DNA of 57,474 bases. It comes from Thermoleophilia bacterium. Its GTDB lineage: Bacteria; Actinomycetota; Thermoleophilia; UBA2241. A program made the position numbers and the translations under genes. This document shows positions 29,440 through 38,426 of this stretch, in pieces. The notes beneath the pieces were generated by a model. The model was not told where the DNA came from. It did not search any database and was given only the letters and a program-made list of their open reading frames with translations. Numbering within the stretch: position 1 is the stretch's first letter; each line of letters begins with the position of its first letter. The stretch lies in NCBI GenBank assembly GCA_016933475.1, contig JAFGAW010000279.1, forward strand, positions 1-57,474, given 5' to 3'.

Positions 29440-30273
29440 TCAATCCCCGTCGTACGGGGCGAGCTTGAGGATTCGGCGCGCCTCGTCCGGAGTCGCGCAC
29501 TCTCGGCCCCACTCGGCGGCGAGGCGCGCGACGCGCGCCACGAGCTGGGCGTTGCCCTCGGCGAGCACACCCTTGTGGTAGAAGATGTTGTCCTCGAGCC
29601 CGAGGCGCACGTTGCCGCCCAGCGCGAGCGCCGTCATCGTCACCGGCATGTGCCAGCGGCCGATGCCGGTCGCCGTCCAGGTCGAGGTCTCCGCGGGGAT
29701 GCGGTCGACGAGGAAGGCGAGGTTGCGCGGCTCGCCGGTCATCGAGCCCGGCACGCCGAGCACGAAGTCCCAATGCATGAGCGGGCCCGCCGGGCCGAAC
29801 TGCTTCACCAAGCGCAGCGCGTTCTCGATCTGGCCGGCCTCGAAGATCTCGAACTCGGGGCGCACGCCCTTGGCCTGCATGCGCGTGTAGAACTCGCGCA
29901 TCAAGGCCGTGTCGTTGAAGAAGACCTCGTCGCCGAAGTTCGCCGTACCGGTCGTGAGCGAGGCCATCTCGGGATCGAGCTCGAGCGGCTGCAGGCGTTC
30001 GTCGGCGGTCATGCCCATGGCGCCGCCGGTGGACGTCTGGACGATGATGTCGGTGCGCGTGCGGATCTCGGTGAGGGCGGCGGCGAAGACGTCCTTGTCC
30101 TGGGTCGGGCTGCCGTCGGGCCGGCGCACGTGCAGGTGGTAGATGGCGGCGCCGGCTTCGCGACAGCGGGCCGCATCCTCGCCGATCTCCTGTGCCGATA
30201 TGGGCAGGTTCGGCTGCGCCTCCCTCGTCGTCTCGGCGCCGACGCCGGCGACGGTGATGATCAGCTTGTCCAT
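29440..30273 (-). CDS. kce: 3-keto-5-aminohexanoate cleavage enzyme (BKACE/DUF849)
   Basis: MDKLIITVA..GAETTREAQPNLP (keeps the Glu typical of true Kce), HLH Zn motif, STGG, GT.NFG, RLGLEDN. Confidence 0.9.
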   Translation of the reverse strand: MDKLIITVAGVGAETTREAQPNLPISAQEIGEDAARCREAGAAIYHLHVRRPDGSPTQDKDVFAAALTEIRTRTDIIVQTSTGGAMGMTADERLQPLELDPEMASLTTGTANFGDEVFFNDTALMREFYTRMQAKGVRPEFEIFEAGQIENALRLVKQFGPAGPLMHWDFVLGVPGSMTGEPRNLAFLVDRIPAETSTWTATGIGRWHMPVTMTALALGGNVRLGLEDNIFYHKGVLAEGNAQLVARVARLAAEWGRECATPDEARRILKLAPYDGD

Positions 30274-30314
30274 CGTCATCCCCCCCCTGCTCAGTCGGAC
30301 TGCGGCGGGCCGGC

Positions 30315-30355
30315 GGTGACGGGGCGGGCCGGCTGTGCCGGCCCGCCCCGTCACC
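30315..30355. terminator. Perfect 19-bp stem hairpin between kat and kce (terminator/attenuator or mRNA stabiliser)
   Basis: GGTGACGGGGCGGGCCGGC-tgt-GCCGGCCCGCCCCGTCACC. Confidence 0.6.
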
Positions 30356-30360
30356 CGGGG

Positions 30361-31629
30361 TCACGCGCCGTAAGGATACTCCTGCGCCACGTAAGCGAGG
30401 CTCTCCTCGACCACCTCGAGCGCCCGCGCCAGATCCTCCTCGGTGTGCCGGTAGGCGATGTACCAATGGTGGTACGGCTGCACGAAGAGGCCGCGACGGA
30501 TGCACTGCGTGTAGAACTCGGTGCGCCGCTCCTTGTAGTGGTCGTCGACCTTGTCGAAGGTGAGGAACGGCATGGGCGGGATGCCGCTCTTGGTGACCGG
30601 CACGCCGGAGGCGTCGACGATCTCGCCGAGGCGCTCGAGGAAGCGCGTGCCGCGCTCCCAGATCACGTTCTGCACGTCCTCGCGCTCGAGGATGTCCATG
30701 CACTTCATGGCGGCGACCATCTCGAGGCTGTTGGGGAAGAACGTCGAGCTGAGGAAGGCGACCTTCTCGTACATCGAGAGGACCTCGCGCTTGCCGACCA
30801 CGGCGGCGATCGGGTAGCCGTTGGCCATCGCCTTGCCCACGGTCGTCAGGTCCGGCGTGACGCCGTAGCGCTGCTGGGCGCCGCCCATGGCGACGCGGAA
30901 GCCGGTGCGGATCTCGTCGAAGATGAGGACGGCGCCGTTCTTGTGGGCGACGTCCTTGACCTTCTCGAGGTAGCCCTCGGGCGGCGGGATGATCGGCAGC
31001 GCCATCGGGTGCCCGACCGGGGTGATGATGACGGTCGCGATCTCCCCCGGGTTCTCGGCGAAGACCCGCTCGAGGTCGGCGATATCGCCGTACACGAACT
31101 CTTTGGTGAGGTCCTGGACGGCCTGCGGGATGCCGCCCTTGACCTCGACACACCAGTCACCCCAGCCGTGGTAGCCGCAGCGCGCGATCTTGTCGCGGCC
31201 GGTGTAGGCGCGGGCGGCGCGCACGGCGGCGTTGGTCGCGTCGGAGCCCGTCTTGACGATCATCGTCTGCTCGCCGCAGGGGAGGACCTCGACGAGGCGC
31301 TCCTCGAGCTCGTTCTGAACGGGCTGCACCAGGCTGAAACAGAAGCCCTGGTCCATGCGTGCCTTGACCGCCTCGTTGATCTCGGGCTCGACGTAGCCGA
31401 GGATGATCGGCCCGTAGGCGCAGAGCATGTCGATGTACTCGTTGCCGTCGACGTCGAAGATGTGCCCACCCTTGCCGTGCGTGATGAACACCGGGTACTC
31501 GCCGACCACGAAGTTGTACGGTCGCCGGATGCCGCCGACGCCGCCGGGCGTGAGACGGTAGGCGTCCTCGAGCATGCTCATCGACTTCGCGAGCTCGAGC
31601 TTGGGGGCGCTCTCGACGGGCTTCTTCAT
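30361..31629 (-). CDS. kat: 3-aminobutyryl-CoA aminotransferase (class III PLP)
   Basis: PGGVGGIRRPYNFV.GEYP, LCAYGPII, GYHGW.DWCVEVKGGIP, GKAMANG, FLSSTFFPNS, QPYHH resemble Kat of Ca. Cloacamonas acidaminovorans as recalled. Adjacent to kce. Confidence 0.82.
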   Translation of the reverse strand: MKKPVESAPKLELAKSMSMLEDAYRLTPGGVGGIRRPYNFVVGEYPVFITHGKGGHIFDVDGNEYIDMLCAYGPIILGYVEPEINEAVKARMDQGFCFSLVQPVQNELEERLVEVLPCGEQTMIVKTGSDATNAAVRAARAYTGRDKIARCGYHGWGDWCVEVKGGIPQAVQDLTKEFVYGDIADLERVFAENPGEIATVIITPVGHPMALPIIPPPEGYLEKVKDVAHKNGAVLIFDEIRTGFRVAMGGAQQRYGVTPDLTTVGKAMANGYPIAAVVGKREVLSMYEKVAFLSSTFFPNSLEMVAAMKCMDILEREDVQNVIWERGTRFLERLGEIVDASGVPVTKSGIPPMPFLTFDKVDDHYKERRTEFYTQCIRRGLFVQPYHHWYIAYRHTEEDLARALEVVEESLAYVAQEYPYGA

Positions 31630-31842
31630 CTGGGCTCCTTTCGACCGCGGGCGCGGAGAGGGTCAGGGTAGCGCGGAGCGGGGGACCCGCTGCGCGGGGC
31701 CCGGAGGACGCAGACGGATGGGAAGCTGCGCCGCATGGTGTACCTCCTCGGCCGGCCGCGGGCCGCCCTGCCCGCGCGCCGCGCGGGAGCGCGGCCGGCG
31801 CGCCGCGCGCCCGCCGAGGGCGGGCGCGCTACCGGCCCCAGC

Positions 31843-32880
31843 CTATCGAATCGGCGGCGCCTTGGCATCCCCGGTGAGGGGCGCAGCCGCCCCCGTCCCG
31901 GTGCCCGCCGCGCCCCCTGTGCCCGCCTCGGGCCCTGCGGCCACCTCGAGCGGCGGCCTCCCGGGTTCGGGTGCCACATCGGCGGCCCCGTAGCGCACGA
32001 TGAGCAGACCGGCCGCCACGATGAGCGCGCCGCCGCCGAGCGTGGTCACGGCCGGCGTCTCGCCGAGTAGCACGAGCGCGTAGAGCGGCGCGCTCACAGG
32101 CTCCAGGTAGCCGAGGATCGAGGCGTGCTCGACCCGCACGCGGCGCACGCCCTCGATGTAGAGCATGTAGGCGAGCGCGGTGGCGAAGAGGCCCATCGCT
32201 ACCGCCGAGACCCAGTCGCGTTGCGTGAGACCCTGGTCCATGCCCGCCGCCTGCCAGAGCGCCAGCGGCAGCAGGAAGACGATGACGCACGTCAACTCGA
32301 CCAGCACGATGGTCGAGCTGCGCACCTGGCGCGAGACCGACTTCACGATCAGCTGGTAAGCGGCGAAGAGGAGCCCGGTGGCGACTCCGCAGGCGAGCCC
32401 GGCAAGCGACACGTCACCGGCGCCGACGAAGGCCGGCAACAGGATCGCGACCATGCCGGCCAGTGCGACGACGAGGGCCGGCGCCACGATGCGGTCGGGC
32501 CGCTGCCCCATGATGCGCGGCGCCAGGAGGGCGACGTACACCGGGGCCATGAAGAGCAGGAACATGCCGATCGCCACATCTGTGAGCCGCAGAGTGACGA
32601 AGAAGAGCAGCAGGCAGGTCGGACTGATGACCCCCATCAGGAGAAGCCGGCCTCGCACCGCGCACGCACGGAGCTCGGTGAACGTCGCGCGCCGCGCGAA
32701 CAGTGCGCCGAGCACCGCCACCGCGATCGCCATGCGCACGACGATGAGGACGCTCTCGGGGGCGTCGGCGTACCGCACCAGCGCCCCGATCGATCCCCAG
32801 ACGAGGTAGGTGACGGCCAGCAGGGCGTAGCCCTCGAGCATGACGGGCGTCCGTCGTCCACCCTGAGCCGCGACCGTCAT
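31843..32880 (-). CDS. EamA/DMT family transporter
   Basis: About 10 hydrophobic segments, HASILGYLEPV motif. Confidence 0.85.
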   Translation of the reverse strand: MTVAAQGGRRTPVMLEGYALLAVTYLVWGSIGALVRYADAPESVLIVVRMAIAVAVLGALFARRATFTELRACAVRGRLLLMGVISPTCLLLFFVTLRLTDVAIGMFLLFMAPVYVALLAPRIMGQRPDRIVAPALVVALAGMVAILLPAFVGAGDVSLAGLACGVATGLLFAAYQLIVKSVSRQVRSSTIVLVELTCVIVFLLPLALWQAAGMDQGLTQRDWVSAVAMGLFATALAYMLYIEGVRRVRVEHASILGYLEPVSAPLYALVLLGETPAVTTLGGGALIVAAGLLIVRYGAADVAPEPGRPPLEVAAGPEAGTGGAAGTGTGAAAPLTGDAKAPPIR

Positions 32881-33857
32881 CCCTGGAGTTCCGGCTGGGT
32901 CTCGCCGCCGAAGGCGACGACCATGAGGCCGGCGAGCACGATGAGCGCACCACCGGCGATCGTCCACGACGAGGGGCGCTCGCCGAGGAAGACGAAGGCG
33001 TAGACGGGCGCCGTGACCGGCTCCAGGTAGCCCATGATCGGGGCGTGCTGCACTTTGATGTACCGGAGCCCGTCCATGAACAGGCTGAAGGAGAACGCGG
33101 TCGCGACGAGGCCGAGCAGCAGCCCGATCACGAGGTCGGTCGCCGTCGGCGTGTAGCGCCCGACCACCTCATACAGCCCGAGCGGCAGGACCGCCAGCGT
33201 GGTGAAGGCGCTCTGCACGAAGACGACCGCCGTGCTGGGGACGTGTCGCCGCTGCAGCGACTTGCCGAGCAGGAGATAGACGGCGTACAAGACCCCAGCG
33301 CCCCAGGCATAGAGCAGGCCGAGCACCGAGAGGCGAGCCTCGGCGAGCCCGGGCACGAGGATGAGAGCCATCCCGCCGAGACTCACGAGGAGGGCCACGT
33401 ACACCGCCGGCTCGGTCCGCTCGTGGAAGATGAGCGGGGCGACGACCGCGAGGTAGACCGGAGCCAGATACGAGAGGAAGATCGCCACCGAGACCCCGGC
33501 CTCCCTGATGGCGAAGAAATAGAGCAGCAGGTTGACGGCGAGGGTGGCGCTGATGCCGAGCACGCGGACGGGGACGCCGGGCGCGCGCAGCGTGCCAAGC
33601 AGACGGCGGGGCAGCACCACGCCGCCGAGGGCCAGAGTGGCGAACGCCATGCGCACGACCAGAAGCATGCTCGCCGGCATCGTCGCAGAACTGACCATCG
33701 TACCGATGGAGCCGTTGACGACCGCGGCGCCGCCCGTCTCGATGTAGCCGCGCAGGCGGCCGGGGCGCCCGTAAGCGGGCGCCCCGGCCGCTTCGTGATC
33801 GAGCGGTGCCGCCCCCTGCAGGCCCTGCGCCGTCGCGCTCTCAGGCCCGAGGGGCAA
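32877..33857 (-). CDS. EamA/DMT family transporter (tandem paralogue); start uncertain
   Basis: HAPIMGYLEPV motif and collinear with the neighbouring EamA. TTG at 33857 is assumed as start. Confidence 0.8.
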   Translation of the reverse strand: MPLGPESATAQGLQGAAPLDHEAAGAPAYGRPGRLRGYIETGGAAVVNGSIGTMVSSATMPASMLLVVRMAFATLALGGVVLPRRLLGTLRAPGVPVRVLGISATLAVNLLLYFFAIREAGVSVAIFLSYLAPVYLAVVAPLIFHERTEPAVYVALLVSLGGMALILVPGLAEARLSVLGLLYAWGAGVLYAVYLLLGKSLQRRHVPSTAVVFVQSAFTTLAVLPLGLYEVVGRYTPTATDLVIGLLLGLVATAFSFSLFMDGLRYIKVQHAPIMGYLEPVTAPVYAFVFLGERPSSWTIAGGALIVLAGLMVVAFGGETQPELQG

Positions 33858-35640
33858 ACTGCAACCGCCGCGTGAAGACCTCGTTGAAGCGCGCGTCGGT
33901 CGCCAGGTCGAGAAATTCGATACGTGCACGCAGGGCGGCCATACGCCGGCGCGCGCCCACGTCGATCAGGGCCATTTGCGCGCCGACGCCGGCAGCGTTG
34001 CCGACAAAGGCCACCCGGTCGCGCGACACCGGGGGCAGAAGGTCGAGGCGCAGGGCCGCGCCGACGTCGAGATAGTTGCCGAAGGCTCCCGCAACGTACA
34101 CACGGTGCAGGTCGCCCGGCTCCAGTGCGAGCTTCTCGAGCAGCAGGAGCCAGCCGCTGGCGATGGCGCCCTTCGCGAGCTGCAGGGCGCGCACATCGTG
34201 CTGGGTGAAGACGATCGGCCCGATGGCGCCCTCGGTCAGCAGGTACTCGAGACCGTTCTCGCCCCTGCGGACCAGCTCATGGGGCTGCATCCGGCCGGTA
34301 TGGTCGACCACTCCGCTGGCGACGAGCCCGGCGAGCAGGTCGACCACGCCCGAGCCACACAGACCCAGCGCGGGCTGGTTGCCGATGGTCGCGACCTCGA
34401 CGGGCAGGCCGGCGTCGTCGATGCGCACGCGCTCGATGGCCCCGGCGACGGCCTTCATACCGTGGGTGATCTGGTAGCCCTCGAAAGCCGGCCCCGAGGC
34501 GCAGCTCGTCGCCGTGACGCGGCCGTCGAGCGCTACGGCGATCTCGGTGTTGGTGCCGATGTCGACGGCCAGGCAGGGCCGGCGCTTGGAGGCCAGGCGC
34601 GTCGCCGCGACCACGGCCAGCGCGTCGGAGCCGACGAAGCCGGCGATCGGCGGCGGGAAGTGCACGCCGCCCTCGGGGTTCATCGCCAGCCCGAGCTCGG
34701 CCGCGCGCAGCGTGAGCGGGTCGGCCACGGCGGGCGCGAACGGCGCCGAGCCGAGCCCGACGGGTGAGAGACCCAAGGCGAGATGGTGCATCGCCGTGTT
34801 GCCGACCACCGTCATGTCGTAGATGTGCCGGGGATCGACGCCGTTGCGCTCACAGAGCTCCCCGAGGACCTGGTTGATGCCGTCGCGCACGGCCGTCGCG
34901 AGCTCGCGCGCGCCGTCCGCATCGACAGCGCGGGCGATGCGCGAGATCACGTCCTCGCCGTAACGCATCTGCGGGTTCTCGGTCGCCTCCTGGTCGACCA
35001 GGCGGCCGGCCTCGAGGTCGAAGAGGTAGGCGATGACCTTGGAGGTGCCGATGTCGACGGCGGCGCCGTAGGCGACCGCCTGCACCTCGGGCGGCTCGGC
35101 GTCGATGACGCGCCCGTCGTACGAGGTGACCATCGCTCGCCAGCCGTGTCGCCGCAGGAGGTCGGGCAGCTCGCGGGTCGCGCCGAGGGCCGCCTGTCGG
35201 CCGTCGCCGCAGGCGACGCAGACCGCGAGCAGGCGCTCCTGGTCGGCGCGCTTGTCCTCGAGCGTGGCCGGCGGCAGCTCCATCAGTCGGCGCACCACGG
35301 CCGTCTTCGCCCGGCCGTGGTGCAGCTTGGAAGCCGTGAGGATCCGCCGCCGCCCACCGGCCTGTCGCACCTCGATGCTGACGCGCGCCGACACTGGACG
35401 CGCCTGACAGGCGAGACGCCACCCGTCTTCGCGAAGGTTCGCCGGAAGGCGTTTGGACTCGACCTCGGTGACCTCGCTGAGCTCGCCCGAACCCAGGCGG
35501 ACGAGACACTTGCCGCAGGTGCCGCGGCCGGCGCAGTCACTGGGGATCGCGATGCCGGCCGCGAGCAGCGCAGTCAGCAGGTCCTGCTCCTCGCCGATCT
35601 CAAGTGTCACCCCGACGGGCTCGATGAAGACCTTCGCCAC
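33841..35640 (-). CDS. Reductive activator of corrinoid proteins (RACE/RACo, ASKHA ATPase with N-terminal [2Fe-2S])
   Basis: CAGRGTCGKC...RLAC ferredoxin domain. DIGTS, NPQ..YGEDVISRI, DIGTNTE, GPAFEG, CGSG, AGAFGNY. Confidence 0.93.
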   Translation of the reverse strand: MAKVFIEPVGVTLEIGEEQDLLTALLAAGIAIPSDCAGRGTCGKCLVRLGSGELSEVTEVESKRLPANLREDGWRLACQARPVSARVSIEVRQAGGRRRILTASKLHHGRAKTAVVRRLMELPPATLEDKRADQERLLAVCVACGDGRQAALGATRELPDLLRRHGWRAMVTSYDGRVIDAEPPEVQAVAYGAAVDIGTSKVIAYLFDLEAGRLVDQEATENPQMRYGEDVISRIARAVDADGARELATAVRDGINQVLGELCERNGVDPRHIYDMTVVGNTAMHHLALGLSPVGLGSAPFAPAVADPLTLRAAELGLAMNPEGGVHFPPPIAGFVGSDALAVVAATRLASKRRPCLAVDIGTNTEIAVALDGRVTATSCASGPAFEGYQITHGMKAVAGAIERVRIDDAGLPVEVATIGNQPALGLCGSGVVDLLAGLVASGVVDHTGRMQPHELVRRGENGLEYLLTEGAIGPIVFTQHDVRALQLAKGAIASGWLLLLEKLALEPGDLHRVYVAGAFGNYLDVGAALRLDLLPPVSRDRVAFVGNAAGVGAQMALIDVGARRRMAALRARIEFLDLATDARFNEVFTRRLQFAPRA

Positions 35641-35731
35641 GCCAGCCTCCTGTCTGTCGCCGTTCGTCGTCCCGCGCGCATGCGTCGCATCGCGCGTCAG
35701 TCTCTGTCGCCGGTCGGCCCGTGACGGTCAC

Positions 35732-37036
35732 TCAGTGCGCGACCCGGAACGGCTCGGTGTGGATGTCCGCCATCAACGCCTTGCGGTCCTCGACCTTCTT
35801 CCAGCGCGTCCCCCACACGTCCTCGAGCGTCGGACCGGGCACGTCGAACAACTTCGCCACGCCGAGGCGTTCCCGCTCGGCCTCGCAGTCCTCACAGTGG
35901 CACTCGAAGACATAATCGTCGGGCTCCGTGTACTTGGTGATGATGCCCTCGTAGTTGCGCAGGACGGTCTGATGCTGCGACTGGGAGATCACGTAGTTGG
36001 GAAAGACGGGCGTCTTACCGCCGCCGCCGGGCGCGTCGATGATGAAGGTGGGCACGGCGAAGCCGGTCGTGTGACCCCTCAGGCTCTCGTAGATCTCGAT
36101 CCCCTTGGCCACTGAAGTACGGAAGTGACCGATGCCCTCCGCGAGATCGCACTGGTAGTAGTAGTAAGGCTTGACGCGGATCTTCACCAAGCCGAGCACG
36201 AGGCGTTTCATGACCTTGGCGCAGTCGTTGATCCCCCTCATGAGGACAGACTGGTTCCCCAGCGGGATGCCGGCGTCGGCGAGCATCGCGCAGGCGCGCG
36301 TCGACTCCGGGGTGATCTCCTTGGGGTGGTTGAAGTGGGTGTTCAAGTACAGCGGGTGGTACTTGCTGAGCATCTGGCACAACTCCGGGGTGATGCGCTG
36401 CGGGCAGACCACGGGCATACGCGAGCCGATACGCACGATCTCGACGTGTGGGATCTCGGTGACCTTCTGCAGGAGCCACTCGAGCCGCTGATCGCTGAGC
36501 GTCAGCGGATCTCCGCCGCTCAGCAGCACGTCACGCACGTCCGGATTGCGGCGGATATAGGTGAAGGCGTTCTCGTAGTCCTGCTCCGACACCGGGCTCT
36601 CGCTCTCGCCGACGATGCGCCGCCGCGTGCAGTGCCGGCAGTACATCGAGCACATCTCCGTGGTGATGAACAGCACCCGGTCGGGATACCGGTGCGTGAG
36701 CAAGGTGGTCGGAGCATCGACCGTCTCTGTCAGCGCGTCCTTCATGTCGGCCGCGCTGACGATCAGTTCGTTGGATCTCGGGACACCCTGCAGGCGCACC
36801 GGGCAGGTCGGGTCGTCCTGATCCATGAGCGAGGCATAGTAAGGAGTCACGGCGACGCGGAACTTGCCCATGCAGGTCTGCAGATCCGCCCGCTGCTGCT
36901 CGGTGAGGTTGAGGACCTGCTCAAAGTCCTCGACCGTCGAGAGACGGTGGCGCACCTGCCAGTGCCAGTCGTTCCACTGCTCGTCGGTGACGTCCCTGAA
37001 GAGCGGTATGTCACGGTAGTGCCTCGTATCGGTCAC
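35732..37036 (-). CDS. kamA: L-lysine 2,3-aminomutase (radical SAM, PLP)
   Basis: HRYPDR, CSMYCRHCTRRR, YQCD and IDAPGGGGK (both lysine-binding Asp present plus PLP Lys), C-terminal CHCEDC Zn site. Confidence 0.95.
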   Translation of the reverse strand: MTDTRHYRDIPLFRDVTDEQWNDWHWQVRHRLSTVEDFEQVLNLTEQQRADLQTCMGKFRVAVTPYYASLMDQDDPTCPVRLQGVPRSNELIVSAADMKDALTETVDAPTTLLTHRYPDRVLFITTEMCSMYCRHCTRRRIVGESESPVSEQDYENAFTYIRRNPDVRDVLLSGGDPLTLSDQRLEWLLQKVTEIPHVEIVRIGSRMPVVCPQRITPELCQMLSKYHPLYLNTHFNHPKEITPESTRACAMLADAGIPLGNQSVLMRGINDCAKVMKRLVLGLVKIRVKPYYYYQCDLAEGIGHFRTSVAKGIEIYESLRGHTTGFAVPTFIIDAPGGGGKTPVFPNYVISQSQHQTVLRNYEGIITKYTEPDDYVFECHCEDCEAERERLGVAKLFDVPGPTLEDVWGTRWKKVEDRKALMADIHTEPFRVAH

Positions 37037-37052
37037 GGAGTGCTCCTTCCCC

Positions 37053-38426
37053 TCACTGAACGGTGGCGATGATCTCGTTGATGCGGTCGGCGACGGCGGC
37101 CTCGAGAGGCGCGACCGTGTGGCCGTCGAGCGTCGTCCTCACGAGCTCGGCGGCGGCCTCGGGCGCGCCCTTGCAGCCGCCGGCGACCCAGGCGTCCCAG
37201 GAGCTGCGGTCGAGCAGTCTGGGGCGCCAGACGTCCTTCATGTGGCGCCGGGTGTGGCGCTGGCTCAGGTAGTTGCCGCCGATCCCGACCGCGTGGATCG
37301 CCTCGGCGGCGAGCGTCTCCTCGTCGACGGGGATGCCGGCGGCTATGGCGGCGTTCCACGAGTGGATCTCGCTGTCGAGGGCCAGCGCGACCGCCGAGCA
37401 GACGGTGCCCCCGGCGAGTGTGCCGGCACCGGAGACGATGTCGGCGCCGGCGAGCACCGCGCTCATCGACGAGAAGGCGTTCTCGCTGCAGGCCTGCCAG
37501 TCGGGGGCCGGCGAGCGCGTGAGCATGGCCGGCGCCAGCGTCGGCAGGCCGGCGCGGGCGGCGAGCTGGGCGGCGGCGATCAGCGCGGCGGACGTCTGTG
37601 GGACCGCAGCATCCGCGGTCGCGTACATGAACGGCGCCCCGGGCGCGACCGCCTGCACGGCGACGCAGGCGGCAAGGATCCCGGCGTGGCGGCGGACGAC
37701 GGTCTCGCTCAAGCCGGGATCCCCCCATTTGGCGCCGGGCGCGAGCTCGGCCGTAGCCGTCACCGGCAGGCCGTGTGCGGCGAAGGCGAGGGCGTTCTCG
37801 AGCGATCCTCCGAGAGAGAGCGGCGAGCGGCGGCGAGCGGCATCTAAGCCACCGGCCACGGCGGCGGCGATGCGCGCCGCCGCCTCGGCTTCGGCGGCCG
37901 TGCGCAGAGTCGTCACGTGCACGTGCTTGCCCGCGGCAGCGAGGCACACCTGCAGCGCGCCCAGCGGCGTCTCTCGGGCGGGGCACAGCGGCGGGCCGTA
38001 AAGCACCGCCACCTCAGGCAGCGCGTCGGCGAGACGGCAGACGGCGGCGAGGTCTGCGCCGGTCGCGGGGCGCGGCTCCGCCGCGCCCGCCGCCAGCGTG
38101 AGCGCGGCCGGACCCCCGGTCGCGAGCCACGCGGCGCCGGAGGCGAGCTCGACGTCGCGGCCCTCGAGACGGGCGCCGAGGCTGAAGCGTGGCGGCGCCA
38201 CGTCGAGGGCCGCGTGGACGAGCCGCGGCGCGATCCGGCCGCGCCCGTCGGCGACGCGCGCGCCGGCGGCGACGAACGCCCGCGCCGTCACCTCTCCGGT
38301 GACCAGGACGCCGTCGTCCGCCAGCAGCCGGAGAGCCCGTTCGTGCAGGGCGGCAAGCTCGTCATCGCCGAGCACGCGCAGGTCGAGCCGCGCCGGCGTC
38401 GTCGTGGTCTCGGGCTTCGGGCTCAT
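37053..38426 (-). CDS. MttB-superfamily protein, strongly degenerate active-site loops (paralogue 2)
   Basis: N- and C-termini typical (VDEETLA, VGIGGNYL..HTRRHM). SPL, P.TLAG and DM/LxTG loops are absent. Confidence 0.8.
   Translation of the reverse strand: MSPKPETTTTPARLDLRVLGDDELAALHERALRLLADDGVLVTGEVTARAFVAAGARVADGRGRIAPRLVHAALDVAPPRFSLGARLEGRDVELASGAAWLATGGPAALTLAAGAAEPRPATGADLAAVCRLADALPEVAVLYGPPLCPARETPLGALQVCLAAAGKHVHVTTLRTAAEAEAAARIAAAVAGGLDAARRRSPLSLGGSLENALAFAAHGLPVTATAELAPGAKWGDPGLSETVVRRHAGILAACVAVQAVAPGAPFMYATADAAVPQTSAALIAAAQLAARAGLPTLAPAMLTRSPAPDWQACSENAFSSMSAVLAGADIVSGAGTLAGGTVCSAVALALDSEIHSWNAAIAAGIPVDEETLAAEAIHAVGIGGNYLSQRHTRRHMKDVWRPRLLDRSSWDAWVAGGCKGAPEAAAELVRTTLDGHTVAPLEAAVADRINEIIATVQ

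Noticed and set aside
30361-31629. Glutamate-1-semialdehyde aminomutase (hemL)
   Set aside because: Lacks the HemL PGGVNSPVR and GTLSGNP motifs, has Kat-type motifs and neighbours kce.
24056-31671. Long plus-strand ORFs (24056..26998, 27234..29249, 29269..31671) and similar ones such as 11333..13873 (minus)
   Set aside because: Antisense shadow ORFs of real high-GC genes, with no recognisable motifs.
35732-37036. EpmB, glutamate 2,3-aminomutase or osmolyte ablA
   Set aside because: Full length with Zn-site cysteines and both lysine-binding Asp residues. No efp/epmA or ablB nearby, while kce and kat are.
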